Shown here in pieces: positions 1 to 8,407 of a DNA stretch of 64,000 nucleotides; the stretch's first letter is position 1; every line of letters begins with the position of its first letter. The notes beneath the pieces were generated by a model that saw only the letters and a program-made list of their open reading frames with translations, searched no databases and had not been told where the DNA came from. This DNA is from an uncultured Candidatus Saccharibacteria bacterium. GTDB lineage: Bacteria > Patescibacteriota > WWE3 > UBA101185 > 2-01-FULL-41-18. A program made the translations under genes and the position numbers. The DNA lies in NCBI GenBank assembly GCA_964636285.1, contig CAZWQF010000002.1, positions 73,669 through 137,668 on the forward strand, written 5' to 3'.

Positions 1-339
1 TGGGAGAAATTCTTGTGAGGGGCGCCATGATTTCAGCACAAAAATACTAAACCCACATTAGATTTCAAATGAGTCATTTAAGTAAGATTTCAAGCTTACA
101 GTGATGATCTTGAATAGAAATGCACTCCACCACTTCATGTGTAACCTGAGAACGAGGATTTTATTATGAGTGACCACTATAACTCTTAGTACTTATTTAA
201 AGAAAAAGGCTATGCAAAAATAATATGTATAGTGATTAGAGACTTTGAAAGTAAGGGTATTCTCGAAAAAAAAGAGATCCAGTTCAATTACCTCCACTAG
301 CGGCCACATCAATTTAGCTTTGTTTGGGATAATTCACGC

Positions 340-361
340 TATACCCTAAAAGGGGTATAAT
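340..361 (+). promoter_or_regulatory. Inverted repeat TATACCC-N6-GGGTATA (340-359) overlapping a perfect -10 hexamer TATAAT (356-361); GGAG ribosome-binding site at 368-371, ATG at 380. Putative autoregulatory operator/promoter of the XRE gene.
   Basis: Read directly: ctATACCCtaaaagGGGTATAAT; the two arms are reverse complements (7 of 8 positions over the extended arms). The position relative to the start codon fits a promoter. Confidence 0.4.
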
Positions 362-379
362 TTCCATGGAGTTAAGTTT

Positions 380-577
380 ATGGGATCACTAAAACAACTA
401 GGGAACAAATTTAAACAAGCGCGTGAGAAACTAGGCTTAACTCAAGCTGATGTCGCTATTAAAGCCAAAATGACTGTTAACTACTACGCTATGATTGAAA
501 GGGATGAAGTAAATCCATCCTTTACTAAGCTCCAAAATATAGCCAGAGTTCTTAAAATCGAGATAAAGATCTTCTAA
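380..577 (+). CDS. XRE-family (Cro/CI-type) helix-turn-helix transcriptional regulator, 65 aa
   Basis: The motif LGLTQADVAIKAKMTVNYYAMIE is a typical HTH_3 (Q-x-x-L-A-x-x-x-G-x-S-x-x-x-x-S-x-x-E)-like helix-turn-helix. Size fits the family. Confidence 0.8.
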   Translation: MGSLKQLGNKFKQAREKLGLTQADVAIKAKMTVNYYAMIERDEVNPSFTKLQNIARVLKIEIKIF

Positions 578-897
578 TTTGCTTGCTTTTCTGACTGTTT
601 TGCTTTAAGTTCAGCAACCATTATTTTGGCAAAAATCTGAAGCATTCCAGCTACAGCCTCTGCTTGTTCAAGCGTAGCCTTAGGATCTTTTTGCCTTAGA
701 CTTGTTAGGGCTGATTCTACAAGCTGTTCATGATTTTCTTCATCAAAGGCAAATTCATATGCTTCAGGTGAAATACTTCTAAATTCTTCAGCAATAGACT
801 TATTTCCCAAAAGCTCTGCCATTGAATCCCAAACCTTAAGGTCTGCTAATTCTTTTAAATTTTTAAGATTATCATTTGTTTTGTTCATGATTTGCAT
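574..897 (-). CDS. Hypothetical small acidic, predicted all-helical protein (107 aa), encoded immediately downstream of the HKD nuclease gene
   Basis: ORF with an AAGGTGA Shine-Dalgarno-like sequence upstream. No recognisable family motif. Its stop overlaps the stop of the convergent XRE gene. Confidence 0.45.
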   Translation of the reverse strand: MQIMNKTNDNLKNLKELADLKVWDSMAELLGNKSIAEEFRSISPEAYEFAFDEENHEQLVESALTSLRQKDPKATLEQAEAVAGMLQIFAKIMVAELKAKQSEKQAN

Positions 898-917
898 TAT
901 ATCTGATCACCTTCTTT

Positions 918-1376
918 CTATCCAAACTTTGAACTAGAAATATATTTACTGTAACCAATAAACTCAAAACACTCTAGAGCACTATCTTTTGAGTCAATCC
1001 GTCTCATAATCTCCCGACTAGTTATTTGAGAGAGGATATTAAGACTTCCTTCCCATAATACGCGCCGATCAAGGATCGCGAGTTTCCTATGATGATTACC
1101 TACACAAATAAACACATGCACTCCATTTGCTTCTAGACGCTGTATCTCAAATTCAGACTGTACTTCGTACCCATCTGAGTGCTCTAAGGGGTCTCTTGTT
1201 ACGATATAGACTTCTACACCACGGTTAACTAGCCTAACTAAGCTCGGCCAGAGAGAATTCATTCGTTCTGTGGTTATAAATGGGCTTTCAATAATAACTT
1301 CGTGTTTGGCATGCTCTAAATCGGCCAAAAAGGTAGCGTAAAAGGTCTTTTCATCAAAAAGGAGAGATTTACACAT
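918..1376 (-). CDS. PLD-superfamily single-HKD nuclease (Nuc-like), about 152 aa from the internal ATG at 1376
   Basis: Complete HKD signature H-x-K-x4-D-x6-G-S-x-N in HHRKLAILDRRVLWEGSLN. A strong AGGAGG ribosome-binding site lies 7 nt upstream of the ATG at 1376. The longer ORF start at 1409 is less likely. Confidence 0.75.
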   Translation of the reverse strand: MCKSLLFDEKTFYATFLADLEHAKHEVIIESPFITTERMNSLWPSLVRLVNRGVEVYIVTRDPLEHSDGYEVQSEFEIQRLEANGVHVFICVGNHHRKLAILDRRVLWEGSLNILSQITSREIMRRIDSKDSALECFEFIGYSKYISSSKFG

Positions 1377-1482
1377 ATAGATCCTCCTTTTCCTCTGGTT
1401 GATACACATCTCTAAGCCTTGTAAAATGAGCTAATACTTGTAGGAGAAGTGGTTCAAATAAAAGTGCATCTCCCGCTCCAGC

Positions 1483-1881
1483 TTATCTCTTAGGTTGAAG
1501 CAAACTAACTCGGTTACCTTCGGTATCAAGAAATGAAACGTACAGGCCTACTGCTGGAATTTCCATTGGCTCCCCAAGAACTTTTCCCCCGGCCTTAGTC
1601 ACTTGATCCATAGACTCCTTAACATCTTCAACAGCAATAACAACTGATGGGTATTGTGCCGGCCAATCAGGCTTGATAGGAAAAAATCCTCCATTAATAT
1701 TCCCTGGAGTTTTAACCATGTTATTCTCATCAGTTTCGGTGGTATGAGCTGTAATATAATTTCCCATCTCCTCACCAAACTTATTCATTTTCCAACCAAA
1801 TGCCTTGTTATAAAAGTCAGAAACCCTATCTTTATCTTGGTAAGGCATTTCAAAATGGCAAACAGGATTTATATTTTTCAT
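1483..1881 (-). CDS. VOC-family protein (glyoxalase/bleomycin-resistance/dioxygenase fold)
   Basis: Length 132 aa. Typical VOC N-terminal beta-alpha-beta-beta-beta module: VCHFEMPYQD...FYNKAFGW. Confidence 0.7.
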   Translation of the reverse strand: MKNINPVCHFEMPYQDKDRVSDFYNKAFGWKMNKFGEEMGNYITAHTTETDENNMVKTPGNINGGFFPIKPDWPAQYPSVVIAVEDVKESMDQVTKAGGKVLGEPMEIPAVGLYVSFLDTEGNRVSLLQPKR

Positions 1882-2738
1882 AAAATAAATGATATCACAG
1901 CATCCGATATCTTCTCACCAAACCCGTCAAAACTATGATTAGCCCCTTCATAGACAATCATTTGGACTTTAGGAGAGCTTTTAAGTTCGGATTTAAGCTT
2001 TTCCATTGCCTTATAGGGATCCATCACGGGATAAATCGCTGTGTCCTCTGTACCTGTAAATGCAATTACAGGAATATCTATTTTGCCCACGGTATCCCAA
2101 TTTTTATTATCATGAAAATTAAAAATTGCAGCTTTTGATCCCTCTTCAAAAAAATTTAAGAATGTATTTGCCGAAAGCATCCCGTCTCCCCACAATTTAG
2201 TGCTCAATAGTACATCCCCTCTGCCGTCATGTTGCAATCTTTTAGCTTCTGGATACATTAAATCAAAGTCCTTTTTTCCACTACCTACTTTAACAAGCCC
2301 TAGCATATCTGCGGGGCTAATCAGCACAGCGCCCTTTATTCCGTGGTTTTTTACAGAACTTAAATAATAAGCAACTTTGGAAGGTCCAAGACTATGGGCT
2401 TGAAGCCATACTTCTTCAAATCCCAGATCTCTTGCGTAATCTACCCATGCCTGAATATCAAAAACACAATCCTCAAACTTTTCAAAAGCGTTCCCACAAA
2501 TCCCTTCTGTTGTGTCATGCACAAAAGCAGAAATAGTTCCTGTTCCCCTGTGCTCACCTACCAAAAAAGAAATACCATTTTTAACATAGCTTTCATGCAT
2601 ATCAGAATAGTACTTGTTTAGAACAACGCTACCAGCCATTCCATGAATATGAATGATAATTCTTTTTGAATCTTCAGCTCTGCTTAAAAGCCCTGAGAAG
2701 TGATATCCATCCTGTGTTTTTGCTCTAACAATTTCCAC
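1878..2738 (-). CDS. Alpha/beta-fold hydrolase
   Basis: Oxyanion-hole HGxxG-like IHIHGMAGS. Nucleophile-elbow-like QAHSLGP. 286 aa. Overlaps the downstream VOC gene by 4 nt, so likely operonic. Confidence 0.65.
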   Translation of the reverse strand: MEIVRAKTQDGYHFSGLLSRAEDSKRIIIHIHGMAGSVVLNKYYSDMHESYVKNGISFLVGEHRGTGTISAFVHDTTEGICGNAFEKFEDCVFDIQAWVDYARDLGFEEVWLQAHSLGPSKVAYYLSSVKNHGIKGAVLISPADMLGLVKVGSGKKDFDLMYPEAKRLQHDGRGDVLLSTKLWGDGMLSANTFLNFFEEGSKAAIFNFHDNKNWDTVGKIDIPVIAFTGTEDTAIYPVMDPYKAMEKLKSELKSSPKVQMIVYEGANHSFDGFGEKISDAVISFIL

Positions 2739-2754
2739 AGTGATTATTATATTG

Positions 2755-3357
2755 CTAATTTTTTATCTCTGCACCTGTACATCTCCAATTAATTTCCGAA
2801 GTCTTGGTGTCTTCACTTACCACACAAGCAGGATGGCAACCTTTGTTCGTGCTGTTTAGGTTGGCATCAAACCACCATGTTTTTGAATTTTCATTATAGG
2901 AACCAGCTGAGATCGATTCACCTCCCTTTATGCATGATTTTTCGGCAATTTCTCTGGCTTCAGCTTCTGTAAGTACTTTAGTTACTTCTTCAGGCTTTAT
3001 TATTTTTCCCTTAAAAACTTGGTTTCCATCTTTGGTAATTGTTACTTCCCCTTGGTGTTCCCAAAAAACTAAACTTTGATCTGAATTTGCGTACCTTGCA
3101 CCACTTCCAGAAACTGCAATCGGTAACGTAACTAATCCAGTAATCGAATGGTTAAAAGTAACTGTGCTATCAGAATTAAACATTGCTTCAATGGTAGTAG
3201 CTCCATCAGAAAACTGAGCAGACGTTGCAGTCACTTTGGCTACTGGCTGAGGCTCTAAAGCCTTATTTTCATTGACAGGTTTATAAGTTAAAAGTGTGAG
3301 TACTGAAAGAAAGATAACAACTAAAATAACTATGATAAAAACTTTTGACTTTTTCAT
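2755..3357 (-). CDS. Membrane-anchored exported protein with an MliC-like (C-type lysozyme inhibitor) domain plus a C-terminal Cys-containing domain
   Basis: N-terminal TM segment/signal anchor. SGSGARY...FWEHQGE matches the conserved S-x-SGARY...FW-x-x-G-E core of MliC/PliC family proteins (compare E. coli MliC [20 protein letters not shown]). Confidence 0.55.
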   Translation of the reverse strand: MKKSKVFIIVILVVIFLSVLTLLTYKPVNENKALEPQPVAKVTATSAQFSDGATTIEAMFNSDSTVTFNHSITGLVTLPIAVSGSGARYANSDQSLVFWEHQGEVTITKDGNQVFKGKIIKPEEVTKVLTEAEAREIAEKSCIKGGESISAGSYNENSKTWWFDANLNSTNKGCHPACVVSEDTKTSEINWRCTGAEIKN

Positions 3358-3396
3358 ATACTGATTTTAGCACCTGATTCAAAGGTAATTAATAAA

Positions 3397-3780
3397 TTAA
3401 ATGTGGTCTTTTGTGTCTACTTCTGCCTCATTCTTTGTCTTATGAGTAACTTTGTCTTTATGATGAGGAGGCGAATAAACAGTGTAGATTTTAAGAGGTT
3501 CGTCTGAAGACAAATTAATCACGTTATGCTTTGATCCTGCAGGTATTATAAACGCACTTCCGTCCTCAACTAAGTGTTCTTTTCCATCTAAAATAAGTTT
3601 GCCTTTACCTTTTTCAATTCGAATGAACTGATCAACTATTTCATGAGTCTCCATGCCTATGTCCTCATTCGGTTTTAAGCTCATAAGCACCAGCTGAGCA
3701 TGCTGTCCTGTGAAAATAACTTTTCTAAAATTGGAATTATCTAGAGTTAGTTTTTCTATGTTTCCAACAAATCCTATCAT
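3397..3780 (-). CDS. Cupin-domain protein
   Basis: 127 aa. Cupin motifs G(x)5HxH-like (GMETHEIVDQ) and a second motif with H (AGSKHNV). Confidence 0.6.
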   Translation of the reverse strand: MIGFVGNIEKLTLDNSNFRKVIFTGQHAQLVLMSLKPNEDIGMETHEIVDQFIRIEKGKGKLILDGKEHLVEDGSAFIIPAGSKHNVINLSSDEPLKIYTVYSPPHHKDKVTHKTKNEAEVDTKDHI

Positions 3781-3828
3781 AAGCGCATAGTACTCTCATC
3801 ACAAAACTTGTATATAAGCGCGTTTAAC

Positions 3829-4791
3829 CTACTCAAAAGCTATTAACAACCTCTTTGAGGATTCATGCCAAACTTTGGTTTCAGGGCTTGTATCCCCATT
3901 CGCAATTAAAAGCCAAGTTTTCATAAAATACGATGCATATGAAGCCTTGGTTAATGTATCCAAGGATTCAATTTCATTTTTACATAGCGGAACAATTTTT
4001 GTATACGAATCAAGAACAATATTAAAGAGCTCATCTCTTCTCATCATTGTTAATTCGTCATATACAAACCACGCAAGGTAGGTAGAAAGCTCGTAAACTC
4101 TTTTGTCATAAGCCATACAACCAAAATCTATGATGCAATATTCCCCTCTCATATTTCTCAAAACATGCTTTTTCTGCATATCACCGTGAATCAGTGATTC
4201 GGAAAATCCCTCAAAATTAATAGTAGCTACAGCACTCACTACTGGCTCAACCAGAGCTAGGACCTCGCTGCTCAAATTTCCCTTTGAAGCCTCAAATTCT
4301 TTAACCAAGTTTTTATTTCCCCAGGAGTCATAATCCCCACTAACTCTTAATTGAATGCTATTTAATTTTGCCAATATTGTGGCTGTCTCCTCAAGATCAG
4401 TAACTGAAGGCTGCCTATCTGAAAAATTAAATCCATCAAAAAACTTTGTGACAAAATACCAGACTTTTGCACTGCCGTCTTCAAAATTAAATAGCTGTTC
4501 CTCTGGCCCTACTAGTTCAAGAGATGGGATATTTGCATTTTTAAGTTCAAGAAGTACATTTTTATAGTCTTTAATAAAAGCTTCTGGCCTTCCTTTAGAA
4601 AAGACCTTAAGTACAAATTTGCCTTTATTACTTTCCACCAAAAAGTTGGCGTCCTCATAACCTTCTAGAATTGGCTCAACTTTAAGCAAGTTTCCTAGCT
4701 CAGGAAGGTTTCTTTTAACATCGTCAAGAAGATCTTTTAATTCAGAATTTAAAGGTGTCCTTTGTAAAAGTAGCTTTGTTGGGAAGTCCAT
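3829..4791 (-). CDS. Phosphotransferase enzyme family protein (APH / homoserine-kinase-II / CotS-like small-molecule kinase)
   Basis: Catalytic-loop HGDMQKKHVLRN and an IIDFG metal-binding DFG motif. 320 aa, kinase-like bilobal size. Confidence 0.65.
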   Translation of the reverse strand: MDFPTKLLLQRTPLNSELKDLLDDVKRNLPELGNLLKVEPILEGYEDANFLVESNKGKFVLKVFSKGRPEAFIKDYKNVLLELKNANIPSLELVGPEEQLFNFEDGSAKVWYFVTKFFDGFNFSDRQPSVTDLEETATILAKLNSIQLRVSGDYDSWGNKNLVKEFEASKGNLSSEVLALVEPVVSAVATINFEGFSESLIHGDMQKKHVLRNMRGEYCIIDFGCMAYDKRVYELSTYLAWFVYDELTMMRRDELFNIVLDSYTKIVPLCKNEIESLDTLTKASYASYFMKTWLLIANGDTSPETKVWHESSKRLLIAFE

Positions 4792-4836
4792 ATTCGCATT
4801 TTATTCCAAATTTGCACGGCTTGATATAATTTTATT

Positions 4837-5217
4837 ATGAAAATAAATGCTGTTGGTGTGGCCTCAACAAACATCCCTAAGACAGTTCAATTTTATAGTC
4901 TTCTTGGTATTAAATTTCCTGAGCTGGGTAAGGATGAATATCACATAGAATCTCTTCCTAAAGAGGGTTCTGCAAAGCTCATGATTGATTCGTTTCAAAT
5001 GCTTCTTGATGTGACTGGAAAGAGCCCCACCCCTGCAAACCATTCGGTTTTTGCAATTGAATATGAAAGTTCTGAAGAAGTTAACAAAGTTGCAAACGCT
5101 ATAAAGGACGCTGGCTTTGAGGTCGAAAAGGAACCGTGGGATGCCTTCTGGGGACAAAGATACGCAATTTTAGTTGATCCTGATGGATATAAAGTAGATC
5201 TCTATGCAAGTTTGTAA
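4837..5217 (+). CDS. VOC-family protein (glyoxalase/bleomycin-resistance fold), second copy
   Basis: 126 aa. INAVGVASTNIPKTVQFYSLLG is a typical VOC module start. Confidence 0.7.
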   Translation: MKINAVGVASTNIPKTVQFYSLLGIKFPELGKDEYHIESLPKEGSAKLMIDSFQMLLDVTGKSPTPANHSVFAIEYESSEEVNKVANAIKDAGFEVEKEPWDAFWGQRYAILVDPDGYKVDLYASL

Positions 5218-5795
5218 TTTATGGAAAGTAGAGTATCGCCTACACTTCTGTTAATAGCAGTAGCATAATAATTAAGATCAGAAAGTTCACTTACAATTTC
5301 TTGATTGTCATCCACTATCAAAGCCTCCTTAGGAATTTGAGCCAAGTTTTCAGGTCTCATTTTTCGTTCAAAAAGGTAAATCTGGGAAGAATCCAGAAAC
5401 TCTAGTACTCCAGTATGTTTAAGCTTGTTTTGTTGGTTTTCTATGTGCCCTTCGGAAAATATCCCAAGTATTAATCCTCTTTGCTTTAAGTCTTTAAATG
5501 CAGGAATTACATCAGGATATAGAGCCTCTTTGAAGTGACTTGGCTCGGAAAACACAAAATTCAGTATTTCAGTACCGTGTATTCCAAATCTTTCTCCCAA
5601 ATAATCTGCGTGGCCAGAAGCTGTAAAATTTAATCTGTGGCCTATGCTTTCTGCATAGTCGTCCCCTGCAATCTTCACTTGTTCCAAGTCCAGATTAAAA
5701 TGCTTGGAAATATTTTGGTTTCTGAGAACTCTATATTTTTGTGCATCAAAAAGAGTGTAGTCAATGTCAAAAAGTATGAGCTTGGAGTGCATCAA
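5202..5795 (-). CDS. HAD-superfamily hydrolase
   Basis: N-terminal motif I, LFDIDYTLFD (DxDxT/V), plus a downstream Lys and a DD motif (LIVDDN). Confidence 0.7.
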   Translation of the reverse strand: MMHSKLILFDIDYTLFDAQKYRVLRNQNISKHFNLDLEQVKIAGDDYAESIGHRLNFTASGHADYLGERFGIHGTEILNFVFSEPSHFKEALYPDVIPAFKDLKQRGLILGIFSEGHIENQQNKLKHTGVLEFLDSSQIYLFERKMRPENLAQIPKEALIVDDNQEIVSELSDLNYYATAINRSVGDTLLSINYKLA

Positions 5796-5851
5796 CTGTA
5801 TTATACTAAATATTTAGAGAAGGTATTTCCTGATATAATCGCTTTGAAATT

Positions 5852-5925
5852 GCCTCTTTAGCTTAGTGGTAAAGCTGCGGTATCGTAAACCGCAGACGTC
5901 AGTTCGATTCTGACAAGAGGCTCCA
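5852..5925 (+). tRNA. tRNA-Thr (anticodon CGT)
   Basis: Cloverleaf folded by hand. Acceptor stem GCCTCTT/AAGAGGC. D-arm GCTT-AGTGGTA-AAGC. Anticodon stem GCGGT/ACCGC with loop ATCGTAA. T-arm GTCAG-TTCGATT-CTGAC. Encoded CCA 3' end. Confidence 0.85.
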
Positions 5926-5949
5926 TAAAAGTTATTTAACAGCGGGCAC

Positions 5950-7575
5950 TTAATTAAACTGTCCAGTTAGAATTAATTTTTTCAATTTCAAAGCCATTTC
6001 ATTCTGAGGGTCTATCTTTAATGCCTCCTCTGCATACCTCAAAGCTTCTTGTCTGTTTCCCTTCCTAAGTTCAATTATTCCAAGACCAGCCATAGATTGA
6101 TACATTTGTGGGTTCAATTCTAGCGCTCTTCTAAAAGCTTTTTCGGAGTCATCAAGCCTTTCGAGTAAATAATAATTTCTGCCTAAATTATGGATTGCAT
6201 TTGCATACTCAGGATAAAAACTAATTGATTTTTCAAACGCATCTGTGCTTTTTTGCATGTCACCTTCTATAAAATACATATTTCCTAGGGCATTGAGCGC
6301 TTGAGGACTGTTTGGGGATACCGCAACAGTGGCTATAGAGAAGTTCTTAAAGTTTTGCCAATCAATATTTCTTGTTAAAACTCTAGTTCCAAAAATTATA
6401 CAAATTAGAATTAGTACCCAAGTAAAGAATTCCTTTTTATATTTTTTGGATAGGTATTGAACAAACAAAACTAGCGTCAATGCAAAAAACGAAGAAGCAA
6501 CGTACAAATACCGCTCTGTTGCAACCCAGGCAACCTGAACAGGGCTAAAAAGTGGTGCCAGTGAGACTATTGAGATGAGATAAAAAACTGAATAAAAATT
6601 TTTCTTTTTTACTAAATAAATAACAAGGGCAATTGAAAACGCACATAAAGCATACATAAACATTTGATAAAAAAAGGAAATCTCCTCCCCTTCGTGATAT
6701 AAGGTGAGAAAGAACGGAAATAATAATAGCTCCAAAAATTTATAGTACGAATTAAATATTCTTAAAAAGTACGTGCCTTGTTGTGACTCCCCTGCGCCTA
6801 GCGACTGAAGTACAGTAACTCTTGTTGCGTAGTCATGGTAAAGCGAAAAGGCTAATCCGAATAAAGGGAGAAAATAGATGACGAATACTTTATCAAAATG
6901 CACTTTTTTTGCCTCAAAGAACGCTAAAAGAGCTAATATGACCGGAAATGAAATTAACCACGGGCTACGAATTGTGACTAAAGAAAATACCCAAATTGAC
7001 ATTGAGACATAAAGATATTTTGACTTTGAGCTTTTCTTATATAGCAAATAAAAAATTAGGGTTAGGTAAAGAACAATTGCCATGTAAATGTAATTGACTC
7101 CCGAAATCCATGATACTGATTCTACGTTGACAGGGTATAACGCAAAGATAAGCGATGAGTAGAAGGCTACTTGTGGGGTAAACAATAGTGTTAATAAGGC
7201 AAAAAAGCAGATTACTGCAAAAATGTGCAGTAATACAGAAAGTAAGTGAAATGGAAATGTATTGAGACCAAAAATGTTTAAAATCAGTGACTGAATAATT
7301 TTTTGAATGTAAAGGGTTTGAACCTGAAGTCCAATATTTGAAAGATCTTTATAGCCTACTATGGCTGTGAGATCGTCTGACAGAAATTCGCCAAAAAGTG
7401 AATTGCAGTATGCTAATGCTGTGACCACAGCTAGTATCAAAATCTTAATCTTATGAATCTTAAAGGCGTTAACAAGACAACTAAAGCTATTGAAATTGGA
7501 TATATCGCCATTCCCAACAGGCTTGTTTACATTGTTCTGTTCAGCTAGCTTTTGAAGTCTTTTAGCCTTGTTCAC
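5950..7575 (-). CDS. Polytopic membrane protein with C-terminal TPR repeats; PMT/ArnT-like (GT-C fold) glycosyltransferase candidate
   Basis: About 12 predicted TM segments over about 400 aa, followed by at least 3 TPR motifs (ALNALGNMYFIEGDMQKS..., AIHNLGRNYYLLERLDDS..., AGLGIIELRKGNRQEA...). Confidence 0.55.
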   Translation of the reverse strand: MNKAKRLQKLAEQNNVNKPVGNGDISNFNSFSCLVNAFKIHKIKILILAVVTALAYCNSLFGEFLSDDLTAIVGYKDLSNIGLQVQTLYIQKIIQSLILNIFGLNTFPFHLLSVLLHIFAVICFFALLTLLFTPQVAFYSSLIFALYPVNVESVSWISGVNYIYMAIVLYLTLIFYLLYKKSSKSKYLYVSMSIWVFSLVTIRSPWLISFPVILALLAFFEAKKVHFDKVFVIYFLPLFGLAFSLYHDYATRVTVLQSLGAGESQQGTYFLRIFNSYYKFLELLLFPFFLTLYHEGEEISFFYQMFMYALCAFSIALVIYLVKKKNFYSVFYLISIVSLAPLFSPVQVAWVATERYLYVASSFFALTLVLFVQYLSKKYKKEFFTWVLILICIIFGTRVLTRNIDWQNFKNFSIATVAVSPNSPQALNALGNMYFIEGDMQKSTDAFEKSISFYPEYANAIHNLGRNYYLLERLDDSEKAFRRALELNPQMYQSMAGLGIIELRKGNRQEALRYAEEALKIDPQNEMALKLKKLILTGQFN

Positions 7576-7609
7576 TTGATAAATATAACAATAAATACTA
7601 ATTTAATAA

Positions 7610-8407
7610 ATGTGGCCAGCCACTTGGCAGAAATTGAGTTTCCTGACACAATTGACTCAAATGATCAAAGACTACAAACCAAGGAGCGCAAGAGCAAAAT
7701 TTAATAACACAGTTGATGATGATATAGTTCTTTTTAAAAGACTAATAAAATCAATTGTTGGAATCATTTTGGTTTTGGTCATAACTCTTGGTGGTCTTCA
7801 ATTCTTTGGTCCAAAAATATTCTCAATATTTGGTTACCTTTCGTTAGAAAGATTCAAAAAAGTTGAGGTTACAAAGTCTCAAACTCCAAAACCTTCTTTT
7901 GTTGATACAAGCACATCTACTAAAAACAAAAAAATATCACTTAGCGGGTATGCCGAAGGAAATTCGCAAGTAAAAATCTTTGTGAACGGTCCTGAAGCTG
8001 GATCAACTAAAGCTGATAATGACGGCAAATTCACTTTTTCAGATCTTGAACTCCTTGATGGGCAAAACATCATTTTTGTAAAAGCTACTTCGGAAGGAAA
8101 AGACGAATCAGAAAAATCAGACACATTATTTGTAAGTTTGGATACAAAAAAACCAGAAATCTCAATTGAAAAGCCAGCCAACGATCAGGAGATTCAAAGC
8201 GTAGACAGCAGAACTCAGGTATCAGGTAAAGTTAATGAAGAAGCTACAGTAAAAGTAAATTCAAACCTCACTGTTGTTGATACGGAAGGAAGATTCGAAA
8301 CACTAATAAGCCTTAAAAGCGGTGAGAATAGAATTATTATTACCGCAATAGATAAAGCCGGTAATGAAGCAACATCATCCGTTAAGGTCAACTTCAAAAA
8401 AAGATAA
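7610..8407 (+). CDS. Membrane-anchored exported protein with two bacterial Ig-like (Big) beta-sandwich repeats
   Basis: TM helix IVGIILVLVITLGG, then two about 90 aa repeats of alternating-hydrophobic beta pattern. The true start is probably the internal Met (MIKDYK). Confidence 0.45.
   Translation: MWPATWQKLSFLTQLTQMIKDYKPRSARAKFNNTVDDDIVLFKRLIKSIVGIILVLVITLGGLQFFGPKIFSIFGYLSLERFKKVEVTKSQTPKPSFVDTSTSTKNKKISLSGYAEGNSQVKIFVNGPEAGSTKADNDGKFTFSDLELLDGQNIIFVKATSEGKDESEKSDTLFVSLDTKKPEISIEKPANDQEIQSVDSRTQVSGKVNEEATVKVNSNLTVVDTEGRFETLISLKSGENRIIITAIDKAGNEATSSVKVNFKKR

Noticed and set aside
1-30. Possible minus-strand gene start near position 28 (reverse complement reads ATGGCGCCCCTCACAAGAATTTCTCCC...) running off the left edge.
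   Set aside because: Only about 9 codons are visible inside the window, so it cannot be supported.
5852-5925. Looked for a direct repeat of the tRNA-Thr 3' end (att-like) elsewhere in the left accessory block, and for any integrase, transposase or CRISPR repeats in the window.
   Set aside because: No copy of the tRNA 3' segment, no integrase or transposase-like ORF, and no regularly spaced direct repeats were found by eye. The island hypothesis therefore rests on gene content only.
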